Shown: in pieces, positions 35,293 to 42,959 of the stretch
How positions within the stretch are numbered: position 1 is the first letter of the stretch
Layout: each line of letters begins with the position of its first letter
Origin: a virus
Direction: 5' to 3' (one strand)
Length of the DNA: 54,194 bases
IMG/VR virus record: IMGVR_UViG_3300045988_120344
Span: 1 to 54,194 of that record
Program-made: the position numbers and the translations under genes
The notes under the pieces: model-generated
The model's database searches: none
Seen by the model: the letters and a program-made list of their open reading frames with translations, nothing else
Told to the model about the DNA's origin: nothing

Positions 35293-36091
35293 CTGTGAAT
35301 CATACAATTTGTCATCTTGTATGCATGGACTATCTCTTCACCCCATACGGATGCCATGCACTTCGAGCGGTAACTCATCTTCCACCCTACACCGCTACAT
35401 TCATCACGGTTAGTCTCTACACTCCAAAAGTTGGACATGATAACCTTTTACAGTTCCTTTGCGTTTAATTGCTTTTGTTACCGTGGCAGGATGCACACCT
35501 AATTTAATTCCAACATTTTTTACTCCATGAATAACTTCTCCGGTTTCAACTATTAAAACATCTTTCAGATGTCCTTGATTAGTTTGTGGTATTGTTTCAT
35601 GGCGTTTTAACAATCCAGCACGAATCTTTTCGCCTGATTGCGGATTTTTTCTTCCTTTCAAGGCTTGCGACAGCTTCCTTTTTGTTGATTCGGAACGAGG
35701 TTTCCCGGTAGAGTTATATACCGGGTTGAGTTCATGAATAAGTTCCAATTCCCTAGCAGATATAACATTTTTTGGGGTATCATCCTGGAATATCTCTATC
35801 GGTTCAATAGAAAAATTATCCCGCCCATATTTCAATATATCTTTCTTTACTGCCGAATTAGTATTAGATGTATAATCTCTCCACTGTTGACGCCGTTTCT
35901 TAAAACGGATTGTGGAACCGATATAAAAAGCTGCTGTAATTTTATTGGTAATTTTATAAACGCATTTCATAATGTCTCTCCTTTTAAAGCACGGTATTAC
36001 CCCAATGTAAGTGAAGGGCTTCACCGTTAGCCCTCAAAAAAGGACACCCCTGAGTAATAGGGTTCACACAGTTTTACTTGACCAAAAGTTT
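35293..36091 (-). mobile_element. Group I intron (799 nt) interrupting recT
   Basis: The 5' exon ends in U, which can pair G.U with the intron guide (CUUGGCU/GGUCAAG 36077-36083); terminal G at 35293; R-like GUAGAGACUAAC (35409-35420) and S-like AAGAGAUAGUCC (35327-35338) can form P7; contains a homing-endonuclease ORF. Confidence 0.8.
35410..35970 (-). CDS. GIY-YIG homing endonuclease (I-TevI-like, NUMOD3-like repeat, C-terminal HTH); start at ATG 35970
   Basis: MKCVYKITNKITAAFYIGSTIRFKKR (GIY-YIG), ELELIHELNPVYN, GKPRSESTKRKLSQALKGRKNPQSGEKIR; RBS AAAGGAGAG; the stop codon lies within the intron R element. Confidence 0.85.
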   Translation of the reverse strand: MKCVYKITNKITAAFYIGSTIRFKKRRQQWRDYTSNTNSAVKKDILKYGRDNFSIEPIEIFQDDTPKNVISARELELIHELNPVYNSTGKPRSESTKRKLSQALKGRKNPQSGEKIRAGLLKRHETIPQTNQGHLKDVLIVETGEVIHGVKNVGIKLGVHPATVTKAIKRKGTVKGYHVQLLECRD

Positions 36092-36425
36092 AGCCAAGCT
36101 GAAATTGGGCCTCTAAATTACCATGATTACGGTACGGGATGAGGTATGCCTGCCCCAGCGGTGTGTTAGGTTCAACACCTAGTTGGGCTGCCTGCATCAT
36201 GGCACCAAGGAAGCTATTTGGCGTGCATTGCTGAAGCTGTGGATTGGTACTCATCGCCGTAAGAACCATTCTTGTAAAGCGTTCCGGAGTAAGGACCGTT
36301 GGCAGCGCTTTAGCAATCTGCGGTCCCATCTGAACTACCAAATCTTTAATGGAACGTACTCCGTTCCCTGCCTCTGTCTGTACTGCTGCCTGTTTTTTGA
36401 TTAATCCGCCTTTTACTGTTGCCAT
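36092..36425 (-). CDS. recT: RecT-family recombinase, exon 1
   Basis: ...LTPERFTRMVLTAMSTNPQLQQCTPNSFLGAMMQAAQLGVEPNTPLGQAYLIPYRNHGNLEAQFQLG is a RecT N-terminal half; the track ORF stops at a TAA created by the intron. Confidence 0.85.
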
Positions 36426-36463
36426 TTGAAATACTTCCTTTCTGTATGAAAAATTTAATTAAA

Positions 36464-37414
36464 TTAAATGCTGAATCTGCGGGTTGGTTTACCCTGCTTG
36501 CTGTACTTTGCAAATATATCCGGCTGTTCTTTTTTCAGCCGTTTTGTATCGACAGTTACCCGTCCGGCAACTGTCTGCCACTTGACTGTGCGGGCGTCCT
36601 CATCGTCGCCAACGGTTCCGATTTCATAATCACCCAGCATGGAGCAGAATTTGTTTTGTATCTCTGCAATCTGCCCCTTGATTGATTTTTCGCTTTCTTT
36701 CAGCTCATCAAGCCGGTTTAAAAGCTTCACGGAATCGCTTGGCAGCACAATGGTTTCTTTGTTCCCGCCGGGGTACTTACGGCTTAAAGCCTCTTTGCAG
36801 GATGCCGAGCCATCAACCTCTGGCATGATATGATTTTCAACCTTGTGCCAGAAGTCAATTTCGGCTGCCAGCAGTGCCTTGATGTCCTCATCGTCCCGCT
36901 CGATGGTGTGCATGACGAAGTGATTGCCGCCGACCAGGCAGGCAATGTACCAGCGCGGAAGGCCGGAAACCATCATGTAATGCTGGCACTGCACATAATA
37001 AGCGGGCGGGATTTCCCCCTCATCCCATCCATTGCGTGCAAAGCTGTTAGTAGTCTTGCACTCAAGCCCTGCATCCTCACCAACAAGCAAACGGTCAAAA
37101 CTTCCCTGAATGAAGGGATAATCCTTCATGCGGTAAACTCCGCACCGCCTAACCAGCTTATCCGCCCGCTGGCAAAACTCATCAGCAACTACCTGCTCGA
37201 GGACGTGCCCGAAATGGACCACCTCTTTAGTGCTGATGTCCTCGGCTTCAACCTCGCCAGTCTTTTCAAGCCACAACTGATATGGGCTTTTCCAAGGCGT
37301 CATGCCAAGAATTGCAGCGGCATCACTCCCGCCTATGCCAGCTTTTCTAAGTTTCAACCAGTTATCATTGCTGGTTTCCATTTCTTTAACAGTCATTACT
37401 AACTCGCAATTCAT
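36464..37414 (-). CDS. YqaJ-like recombination exonuclease (lambda Exo fold)
   Basis: 316 aa; WLKLRKAGIGGSDAAAILGMTPWKSPYQLWLEKTG is the hallmark YqaJ N-terminus; adjacent to recT. Confidence 0.85.
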   Translation of the reverse strand: MNCELVMTVKEMETSNDNWLKLRKAGIGGSDAAAILGMTPWKSPYQLWLEKTGEVEAEDISTKEVVHFGHVLEQVVADEFCQRADKLVRRCGVYRMKDYPFIQGSFDRLLVGEDAGLECKTTNSFARNGWDEGEIPPAYYVQCQHYMMVSGLPRWYIACLVGGNHFVMHTIERDDEDIKALLAAEIDFWHKVENHIMPEVDGSASCKEALSRKYPGGNKETIVLPSDSVKLLNRLDELKESEKSIKGQIAEIQNKFCSMLGDYEIGTVGDDEDARTVKWQTVAGRVTVDTKRLKKEQPDIFAKYSKQGKPTRRFSI

Positions 37415-37576
37415 AATTTCCTCCTAATTTAAATACAGTAGATAAATGTAACAAGGAATGTTACTAAAAACATGAGACTAAACATTACTAACCATCCCAA
37501 TGGTGTGAAAAACGGTAATTCTTTTAATTCTTCTAAACAATTGCTTGCAAACTCTTTCAATTTACAGCACCTTCCT

Positions 37577-37741
37577 TTACGGTTTTATAAGGCCAGCCAC
37601 AACAAAGGCTACCGCCCATATCGCTATAACTTGTAAAAATAGCTTTAGTGCTTGCGGGAGCTTGCATATAAGCTCCCCGTACTGTCTGTAGTCCTCTTGT
37701 CGGCGTAAATACTTCAAATAGTCTTCTCTATTTGGTTTCAT
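37577..37741 (-). CDS. 54-aa membrane protein (below the ORF-track cutoff)
   Basis: Hand translation MKPNREDYLKYLRRQEDYRQYGELICKLPQALKLFLQVIAIWAVAFVVAGLIKP; ATG abuts the stop of the upstream gene. Confidence 0.4.
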   Translation of the reverse strand: MKPNREDYLKYLRRQEDYRQYGELICKLPQALKLFLQVIAIWAVAFVVAGLIKP

Positions 37742-38092
37742 TCACGCCACCTTCTTTGGGATTGCTAGAACATCACTTACCCAGAACTTTCTATTTGTAG
37801 TAGGTGGTGTCACGTATGCCTGTAACAATCCTGATTTGACATACTCCCCGATTCTGCCAACCGGGACCTTTAAAATCTCAGCAGCTTCCTTAGCTTCGAT
37901 TAATTTGTCAACTTTAACCGGTGCCATAACAGTGTGGCCGCCTGTTTCCTGAGCTAATCTCAGGTACTCAAGTACCTGCGGATTGTTTTCTAACATTTCC
38001 TGTAACTGCTGGCCCATGTGAACCAGCTCTGACAAGTTCTGCATATTTACGTCCATTAGTTTCCCTCCTATAATGGCTAACTCATGCACCAA
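37742..38092 (-). CDS. Excisionase/MerR-type HTH DNA-binding protein
   Basis: 116 aa; C-terminal EAAEILKVPVGRIGEYVKSGLLQAYV...RKFWVSDV resembles excisionase-family HTH proteins. Confidence 0.5.
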   Translation of the reverse strand: MVHELAIIGGKLMDVNMQNLSELVHMGQQLQEMLENNPQVLEYLRLAQETGGHTVMAPVKVDKLIEAKEAAEILKVPVGRIGEYVKSGLLQAYVTPPTTNRKFWVSDVLAIPKKVA

Positions 38093-38264
38093 TCGTAAAT
38101 GTAACGTTTAATGCCCTGCATATCTGTGCAGCCTTCTTGATGGTTGCTTGGCTGCGCCCGCTTTCATAATTTGCGAGCTGCTGGGCAGTGATGCCGGTAC
38201 GTTTGGAAAGCTCGTACAGCGTCATGCCGCCCCGCGCTTTCCGTAGAAACTCTGAAAATTTCAA
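38082..38264 (-). CDS. XRE-family HTH protein
   Basis: 60 aa; MTLYELSKRTGITAQQLANYESG. Confidence 0.65.
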   Translation of the reverse strand: MKFSEFLRKARGGMTLYELSKRTGITAQQLANYESGRSQATIKKAAQICRALNVTFTIGA

Positions 38265-38346
38265 TTACTTTTATCTCCTGCAATATTAGGTAAATATATT
38301 TGATTACTTGCCCTTCTCATGGTAAACTTTACATAAGAGGTAGTAA

Positions 38347-38637
38347 TTATGACTTCAATCCATGATGTTGGCTATTGGAATCCCGACGGTGCAAAAGTTG
38401 AGCTCTTGCAGCATACAAGTCAACTAAATCTTTTACTGGTAGCTGTACCACGTATGGATGATTTGTCGAAGCCTCGTAGAAAGATTGGTTTTGCCACAAA
38501 AGAAGCTGACCGATAGCTCTTATCTGCTCACTTAGTTTGCAAAGCTCATCAACGGATGAACCTTTGCTTTTCTCGCAAAGCAGCTGCAAATGCTTTTCAA
38601 GGATTTTGTTAATTTCAGTCTCAATCATTTTTCTCAT
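38347..38637 (-). CDS. Hypothetical protein
   Basis: 96-aa ORF. Confidence 0.5.
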   Translation of the reverse strand: MRKMIETEINKILEKHLQLLCEKSKGSSVDELCKLSEQIRAIGQLLLWQNQSFYEASTNHPYVVQLPVKDLVDLYAARAQLLHRRDSNSQHHGLKS

Positions 38638-38647
38638 CTACTTTCAT

Positions 38648-38866
38648 TTATGCTGTGAGGCTGCTGCCCCACAATTCTTCTACCGTGGCTCCAAGTGCCT
38701 TTGCGATACGGGTTGCCGTCCGTGCATCTGGCACTCTGTCGCCATACTCATAACGCTGGTATGTCAATCCTGAAACACCAGCTTTCTCAGCAAGTTCTTT
38801 TTGTGATAATCCTGCTTGCTGACGCAGCCCTTGCATAAGGGCTTTGAATTTTTTATCTGTTTTCAT
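38648..38866 (-). CDS. XRE-family HTH regulator (start at MKTDKKF; track ORF extends to 38935)
   Basis: LSQKELAEKAGVSGLTYQRYEYGDRVPD; divergent from the plus-strand HTH gene. Confidence 0.7.
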   Translation of the reverse strand: MKTDKKFKALMQGLRQQAGLSQKELAEKAGVSGLTYQRYEYGDRVPDARTATRIAKALGATVEELWGSSLTA

Positions 38867-38960
38867 GCTCTCCTCTCTTTCTATATTTAACACTACCAAA
38901 CGGTAATGTTTATACTTATAATATATCACTACCATTTGGTAACATCAAGGTGGTGTTACA
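38867..38960. promoter_or_regulatory. Divergent control region with two 16-bp operator-like repeats
   Basis: cactaccaaacggtaa (38891-38906) and cactaccatttggtaa (38927-38942), each with TACC/GGTA dyad arms; TATAAT at 38917-38922. Confidence 0.55.
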
Positions 38961-39179
38961 ATGAATTTTTCTACGCGATTAAAAGAACTTAGAACTAATC
39001 GAAATCTTACACAGAAGCAGGTTTACTCAGCTATCGGTATGTCTGCATTAGGCTATCAACGGTATGAATATGGCGAACGAGAACCAGCATATCAAAAGCT
39101 ATTGGCTCTTGCTGACTTCTTTGACGTCTCATTAGACTACCTAACTGGCAGAACCAATACACCAGCGATAAACCACTAA
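38961..39179 (+). CDS. XRE-family HTH regulator
   Basis: 72 aa; LTQKQVYSAIGMSALGYQRYEYGEREP...LADFFDVSLDYLTGRTN. Confidence 0.75.
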   Translation: MNFSTRLKELRTNRNLTQKQVYSAIGMSALGYQRYEYGEREPAYQKLLALADFFDVSLDYLTGRTNTPAINH

Positions 39180-39188
39180 AGGAATATT

Positions 39189-39515
39189 ATGCAAAGTCAA
39201 CAGCTTTTTCAGATTCGTAACCATTGTGCCAAAAAAGCATTTCGTTACACACAACACTTCATGCAGCGCATCATCCAACGGCGAATAACCATTGAAGATG
39301 TTGAAACAGCTCTTGCCAATGGTAAAATCATTGAAGATTATCCCGACGATTATCCCTATCCTAGCTGCCTGGTTTTAGGCTATACTATTAATGACAAACC
39401 ACTCCATGTCGTTTGCGGCATCACGCCGGATGAACTTTTTCTAATAACCGCTTATCGCCCGGATGCTTCCATCTGGTCGGCTGACTTTACTACTCGCACT
39501 ACAAGAAAGGAATGA
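39189..39515 (+). CDS. DUF4258-like protein (putative toxin of a TA pair)
   Basis: 108 aa; HFMQRIIQRRITIEDVETAL.NGKIIEDYPDDYPYPSCLVLG...PLHVVCG...LITAYRPD..W pattern. Confidence 0.55.
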   Translation: MQSQQLFQIRNHCAKKAFRYTQHFMQRIIQRRITIEDVETALANGKIIEDYPDDYPYPSCLVLGYTINDKPLHVVCGITPDELFLITAYRPDASIWSADFTTRTTRKE

Positions 39516-39521
39516 TTCAAA

Positions 39522-39746
39522 ATGACCTGCTTCCTGTGCAAAGGCACGTTAGAAAACAAACTCACTACCTTTACCGTTGACCTCGGGCACTGCATCGTCA
39601 TCGTGCGAAATGTTCCCTCGGAAGTCTGCACGCAGTGTGGCGAAGTGTCTTACAGTCGTGAGGTCGCCAAGCAGCTGGAAAAGATCGTAGCTGCTATGGA
39701 AAAATCACTAACAGAAATCGCCATCATCAATTACAAAGCTGCTTGA
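39522..39746 (+). CDS. YgiT/MqsA-type zinc-finger protein (putative antitoxin)
   Basis: 74 aa; C-x2-C (CFLC) ... C-x2-C (CTQCGE) with the TTFTVDL...IVIVRNVPSEVC pattern. Confidence 0.6.
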   Translation: MTCFLCKGTLENKLTTFTVDLGHCIVIVRNVPSEVCTQCGEVSYSREVAKQLEKIVAAMEKSLTEIAIINYKAA

Positions 39747-39760
39747 GCATGTTTGCCCTC

Positions 39761-40549
39761 CTATGCAGCCTGCTCAATAAGTGGCAATGTGCCGTTTTTC
39801 TTAAGCAACTCATACAGGAATAACCTGCCCTTCTGCGTCCACTTAGTATTCATGACTACATCAGAACGTCCATCCGAGTGCTCGATGTTGACGGTTTCGC
39901 TATGGGTATAGCCTTTAGCTTGGTACTTGCTGTACAAAAGCCACTGACTACCCATTTTGTAAATAACCTTTAGCTCGTGAAGCAGGCTATTCATTTTTTT
40001 ACCACTCATGCCGTAGTCCTTAGCTATCTGAGTGATAGTTACTAAGGAACTGCTCTGCAATATGCGGTCGGTGTAGTCCGCTTTCGGCTTCAGCTCGTTT
40101 ATGATTTGCGACTTCTGCGCAACTTCAAGCTCCGCCGTTTTTCTAGCTTCCTTTTCTTCTTTCAGCTCTGTTGCCAGCTTGATAATGAAATCAGGCTCTT
40201 GCAGGGCTTTTTTGATAACATCATCCGTCATGTAAGCACCATGCTTGCGGATAGCTGGGAGAACCTCATCGGCTAGAACCGCTTGGAACTTCTGAGCTTT
40301 ATCGTTCGATGCTTTAAAACCAAGGCGGTATACCATGTTTTCAGGGATGTAATCGTCCCCACAAGTGGGGACGAACCCAAAGTCTTTAAGATACTTATTT
40401 ACCCGTTCCCAACGAACAACTTCATTGCCACTTTTGGCAATTTGAGTAAATCCCCAACCTCTAGCCACATCTTCCGCATTTAACATGGCTGTACCATGCT
40501 CATCAACATAACCTCTAATATTTGCTACTGTCATTAATTTGTTTTCCAT
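39761..40549 (-). CDS. Phage antirepressor (BRO-N-like N-terminus plus KilAC-like C-terminus)
   Basis: 262 aa; C-terminal ITQIAKDYGMSGKKMNSLLHELKVIYKMGSQWLLYSKYQAKGY is KilAC-like. Confidence 0.7.
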   Translation of the reverse strand: MENKLMTVANIRGYVDEHGTAMLNAEDVARGWGFTQIAKSGNEVVRWERVNKYLKDFGFVPTCGDDYIPENMVYRLGFKASNDKAQKFQAVLADEVLPAIRKHGAYMTDDVIKKALQEPDFIIKLATELKEEKEARKTAELEVAQKSQIINELKPKADYTDRILQSSSLVTITQIAKDYGMSGKKMNSLLHELKVIYKMGSQWLLYSKYQAKGYTHSETVNIEHSDGRSDVVMNTKWTQKGRLFLYELLKKNGTLPLIEQAA

Positions 40550-40605
40550 AAAAAAAATCTCCTTTTATCATTGCTGTACCTTTGCTACAATAAAAGTACA
40601 GCCTG

Positions 40606-40809
40606 TCACGCTGTGAGGTTGCCGCCCCACAACGTCCTTAAATCCAGTATGTTCAGTAAATCCGCAATACAGATTGCCGTCCGTAAGCTCGGTTTCTGTC
40701 CATACTCCAACCGCTGGTAGCTAACTTCTGCAATTCCTACACGGTCGGCTACTTGCTTTTGTGTGAACCCTGCCTTGTGGCGGGCTTCAATTAACGCCTT
40801 GTTCTTCAT
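40606..40809 (-). CDS. XRE-family HTH regulator
   Basis: 67 aa; FTQKQVADRVGIAEVSYQRLEYGQKPS; paralogue of 38648-38866. Confidence 0.7.
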   Translation of the reverse strand: MKNKALIEARHKAGFTQKQVADRVGIAEVSYQRLEYGQKPSLRTAICIADLLNILDLRTLWGGNLTA

Positions 40810-40915
40810 GTCTCTCCTCTCCTTTTGTATTTAACACTACGTATTACGTTGTGTCTGTTTATAATATACACTACGTAATATGTAGTGTCAAGACTTTTAT
40901 TTGGAGGTGTTTTTT
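40810..40915. promoter_or_regulatory. Second divergent control region with two 19-bp operator-like dyads
   Basis: cactacgtattacgttgtg (40835-40853) and cactacgtaatatgtagtg (40869-40887; CACTAC/GTAGTG arms); shares tatttaacactac and ttataatata-cactac blocks with 38867-38960. Confidence 0.55.
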
Positions 40916-41137
40916 ATGTCTACTCTTTCTGCTAGATTGATAGAACTTAGAAAAGAAAAAGGCTTGACACAAAAGAACCTCGCTGATTTTCTTGGCATTG
41001 CGCCGGTTTCTTGGCAACGTTTTGAATATGGTTCGTCAAAGCCTAAACTCGAAAACATCATTACCTTGGCTGACTACTTCAACGTCTCAATTGATTACTT
41101 AGTCGGTCGCACCAACAACCCTGAAATCAACCGCTGA
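40916..41137 (+). CDS. XRE-family HTH regulator (ATG 40916 after GGAGGTG)
   Basis: LTQKNLADFLGIAPVSWQRFEYGSSKP...LADYFNVSIDYLVGRTN; paralogue of 38961-39179. Confidence 0.75.
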   Translation: MSTLSARLIELRKEKGLTQKNLADFLGIAPVSWQRFEYGSSKPKLENIITLADYFNVSIDYLVGRTNNPEINR

Positions 41138-41173
41138 ACCTCTGACAGGCTGTGCCCCCGCTTGGGGGCTTTT

Positions 41174-41962
41174 TTAGTTCAGTAATGTTTCTCTCTGTGC
41201 CAGCAGCTTGTCCATAATGCGCATTGCGTCATCAAGATAGCCCTTACGCTCTAGGAAGTCAGGCGTGCTGATTTTCTTGATCCCCTGTTTTTCACAGTAA
41301 TAGTTCTGTGAATTTCTCAGATTGGTGTGGAAAGCTGTGTTGTAAGCTTGACGGAAGTCATGCCATCCTCGATTAAATGCCAAGCCGTTACTGATGGCAT
41401 ACTTTTGAACCATCGCAACTAATTTCTGCCGCTTTGTACCTTCTGTACAGACACCGTTCAGCGTGTCCATGCGGGAATTGACAATTCGCAAGCTCTCAGC
41501 CTGTTCTTCCTGCGTCAGCTTAAGCCGTGCTAACTCTCGCTCCTGCCGTTGCAATGCCTTGGCACTCTCAACAAGAATGTCAATTTGCGTTTTTGGCTCT
41601 TTTTGATTGAAGTAATTTTCTTCCAGCAGGTCGAACATGTCCCATGCCCTGTCAGTACCTAACATTTTTGAATGGCGGGCTGCTCCTTGTTTCGTCCAAA
41701 GTGTTAGTGTTGCGGTTCTGGCTCCAATTCCAACCGTGTCGAAATTTTCGACGCGGTTCTTAAAAACACGTAATTGCTCGCCATCCAACTTAAAATAATG
41801 CTTGCCTTCCACGAACCGTTCCTTATTGTTGTTGAAATTTTGCCGAATCTGTTTCGGCTCACATCCATAAAACTCAGCAAGCTGTTCAGTGGTCACTACC
41901 GGTTGATTGCTATATTCAACAACTGGTGTTTCAATATTTGCGATTTTTACTAAGTTTTCCAT
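41174..41962 (-). CDS. ORF6N/ORF6C-type antirepressor-like protein
   Basis: 262 aa; VVTTEQLAEFYGCEPKQIRQNFNNNKERFVEGKHYFKL is the ORF6N pattern. Confidence 0.65.
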   Translation of the reverse strand: MENLVKIANIETPVVEYSNQPVVTTEQLAEFYGCEPKQIRQNFNNNKERFVEGKHYFKLDGEQLRVFKNRVENFDTVGIGARTATLTLWTKQGAARHSKMLGTDRAWDMFDLLEENYFNQKEPKTQIDILVESAKALQRQERELARLKLTQEEQAESLRIVNSRMDTLNGVCTEGTKRQKLVAMVQKYAISNGLAFNRGWHDFRQAYNTAFHTNLRNSQNYYCEKQGIKKISTPDFLERKGYLDDAMRIMDKLLAQRETLLN

Positions 41963-41974
41963 TATTAATTCCTC

Positions 41975-42328
41975 CTACCACAGTTCTACATAAAGCTGAA
42001 CGGGGACAGGTATTGACCCTATCCGATTCAGCCACACCATCGGTTTCGGCGTTAGACCGTGAATGTTGTTTTTGCGGTCGTTTTTAGCAGCAAGGACGTA
42101 GTCCGACAGTATTTCGATTTTTATCCCTGCTTTTTGCAGGTACTTGTCTAACTTGTCAAGTGCCCCAAAACAAGTAGATCCTGTCCAATAGCCATAAATA
42201 GGGAAGGTCTTGCCTTTTTCACGGCAATACGGGCAGTACTGGACCCGCCCTTTTCTAACGTCCCGTACTATGCCGTACTGCTTCTCGTCAACGGTTTTTA
42301 CAGGATATAGTGTTCCATATCCTCGGCG
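41975..42328 (-). pseudogene. 117-codon open frame with no ATG/GTG/TTG before codon 97 (frameshifted gene or non-canonical initiation)
   Basis: Hand translation ...YPVKTVDEKQYGIVRDVRKGRVQYCPYCREKGKTFPIYGYWTGSTCFGALDKLDKYLQKAGIKIEIL...; it lies in the -1 frame relative to the upstream 51-aa ORF and overlaps its last 31 nt. Confidence 0.4.
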
Positions 42329-42453
42329 CTAACCTCACTATCTTCGGCACCGAACTGAATGTCCTCACATTCATCAGCAACCTCATAATATCTCATGAAC
42401 GCTTTAGCACCGCCATGCTCGTTCATGAACGTGTATAATTCTGACATTTTCAT
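42298..42453 (-). CDS. 51-aa acidic protein (below the ORF-track cutoff)
   Basis: MKMSELYTFMNEHGGAKAFMRYYEVADECEDIQFGAEDSEVSAEDMEHYIL; strong RBS AAAGGAGG. Confidence 0.5.
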   Translation of the reverse strand: MKMSELYTFMNEHGGAKAFMRYYEVADECEDIQFGAEDSEVSAEDMEHYIL

Positions 42454-42500
42454 TTTAATTAACCTCCTTTGCGTAATCAGATTAATTAACTATAGGCTAA

Positions 42501-42701
42501 TCAATCGGGTAAAAAAATATACTTCTTGTCGATTCCGTATAAATTACAGAGCATCAACAAGTTAGCCTCATCTATACGGGTTTTGCCGTTTTCCCAACGG
42601 CATATAGTAATCGGGCTTTTATGCAATAGTTTACATACATCCGATTGACTAAACCCAGCATTAACTCTTGCCGCCGCAAGAGTTATTTTTAGCTTAGACA
42701 T
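42501..42701 (-). CDS. Cro-like XRE-family HTH protein (first gene of the lytic transcript)
   Basis: 66 aa; FSQSDVCKLLHKSPITICRWENGKTRI; divergent from the CI-like gene. Confidence 0.75.
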   Translation of the reverse strand: MSKLKITLAAARVNAGFSQSDVCKLLHKSPITICRWENGKTRIDEANLLMLCNLYGIDKKYIFLPD

Positions 42702-42870
42702 ATTCGTCTCCTCCTATGATTATTAGTCATTGCTAGGCTCGCCCCCTTATATGGGATTAATGCAAGTCTCTATCGCCTTTTGGCAACTTCGCCTGTTTCG
42801 CTGACCACAGCCAGCTCTTTAAGTCTGACGCATCCCCACGCCAATAAGCTAAAATTAGCTTACGGATTAT

Positions 42871-42899
42871 ATTTTAAATTATCTATTAGCTAATGTCAA
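42871..42899 (-). promoter_or_regulatory. Early lytic promoter: TTGACA - 17 nt - TAAAAT
   Basis: Minus strand ATTGACATTAGCTAATAGATAATTTAAAATATAA. Confidence 0.65.
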
Positions 42900-42943
42900 T
42901 AGCAAAAATAGCAAAATGTGAATTTTATTATTGCTATTGCTAG
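42899..42943. promoter_or_regulatory. Operator-like half-sites ATAGCAA (two direct, two inverted) overlapping both -35 boxes
   Basis: atagcaa at 42899 and 42908; ttgctat/ttgctag at 42931 and 42937. Confidence 0.55.
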
Positions 42944-42959
42944 ATGCTTTTTATATAAT
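42931..42959 (+). promoter_or_regulatory. Repressor-gene promoter: TTGCTA - 17 nt - TATAAT
   Basis: ttgctattgctagatgctttttatataat, 22 nt upstream of the repressor ATG region with its AAGGAGG RBS. Confidence 0.65.
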
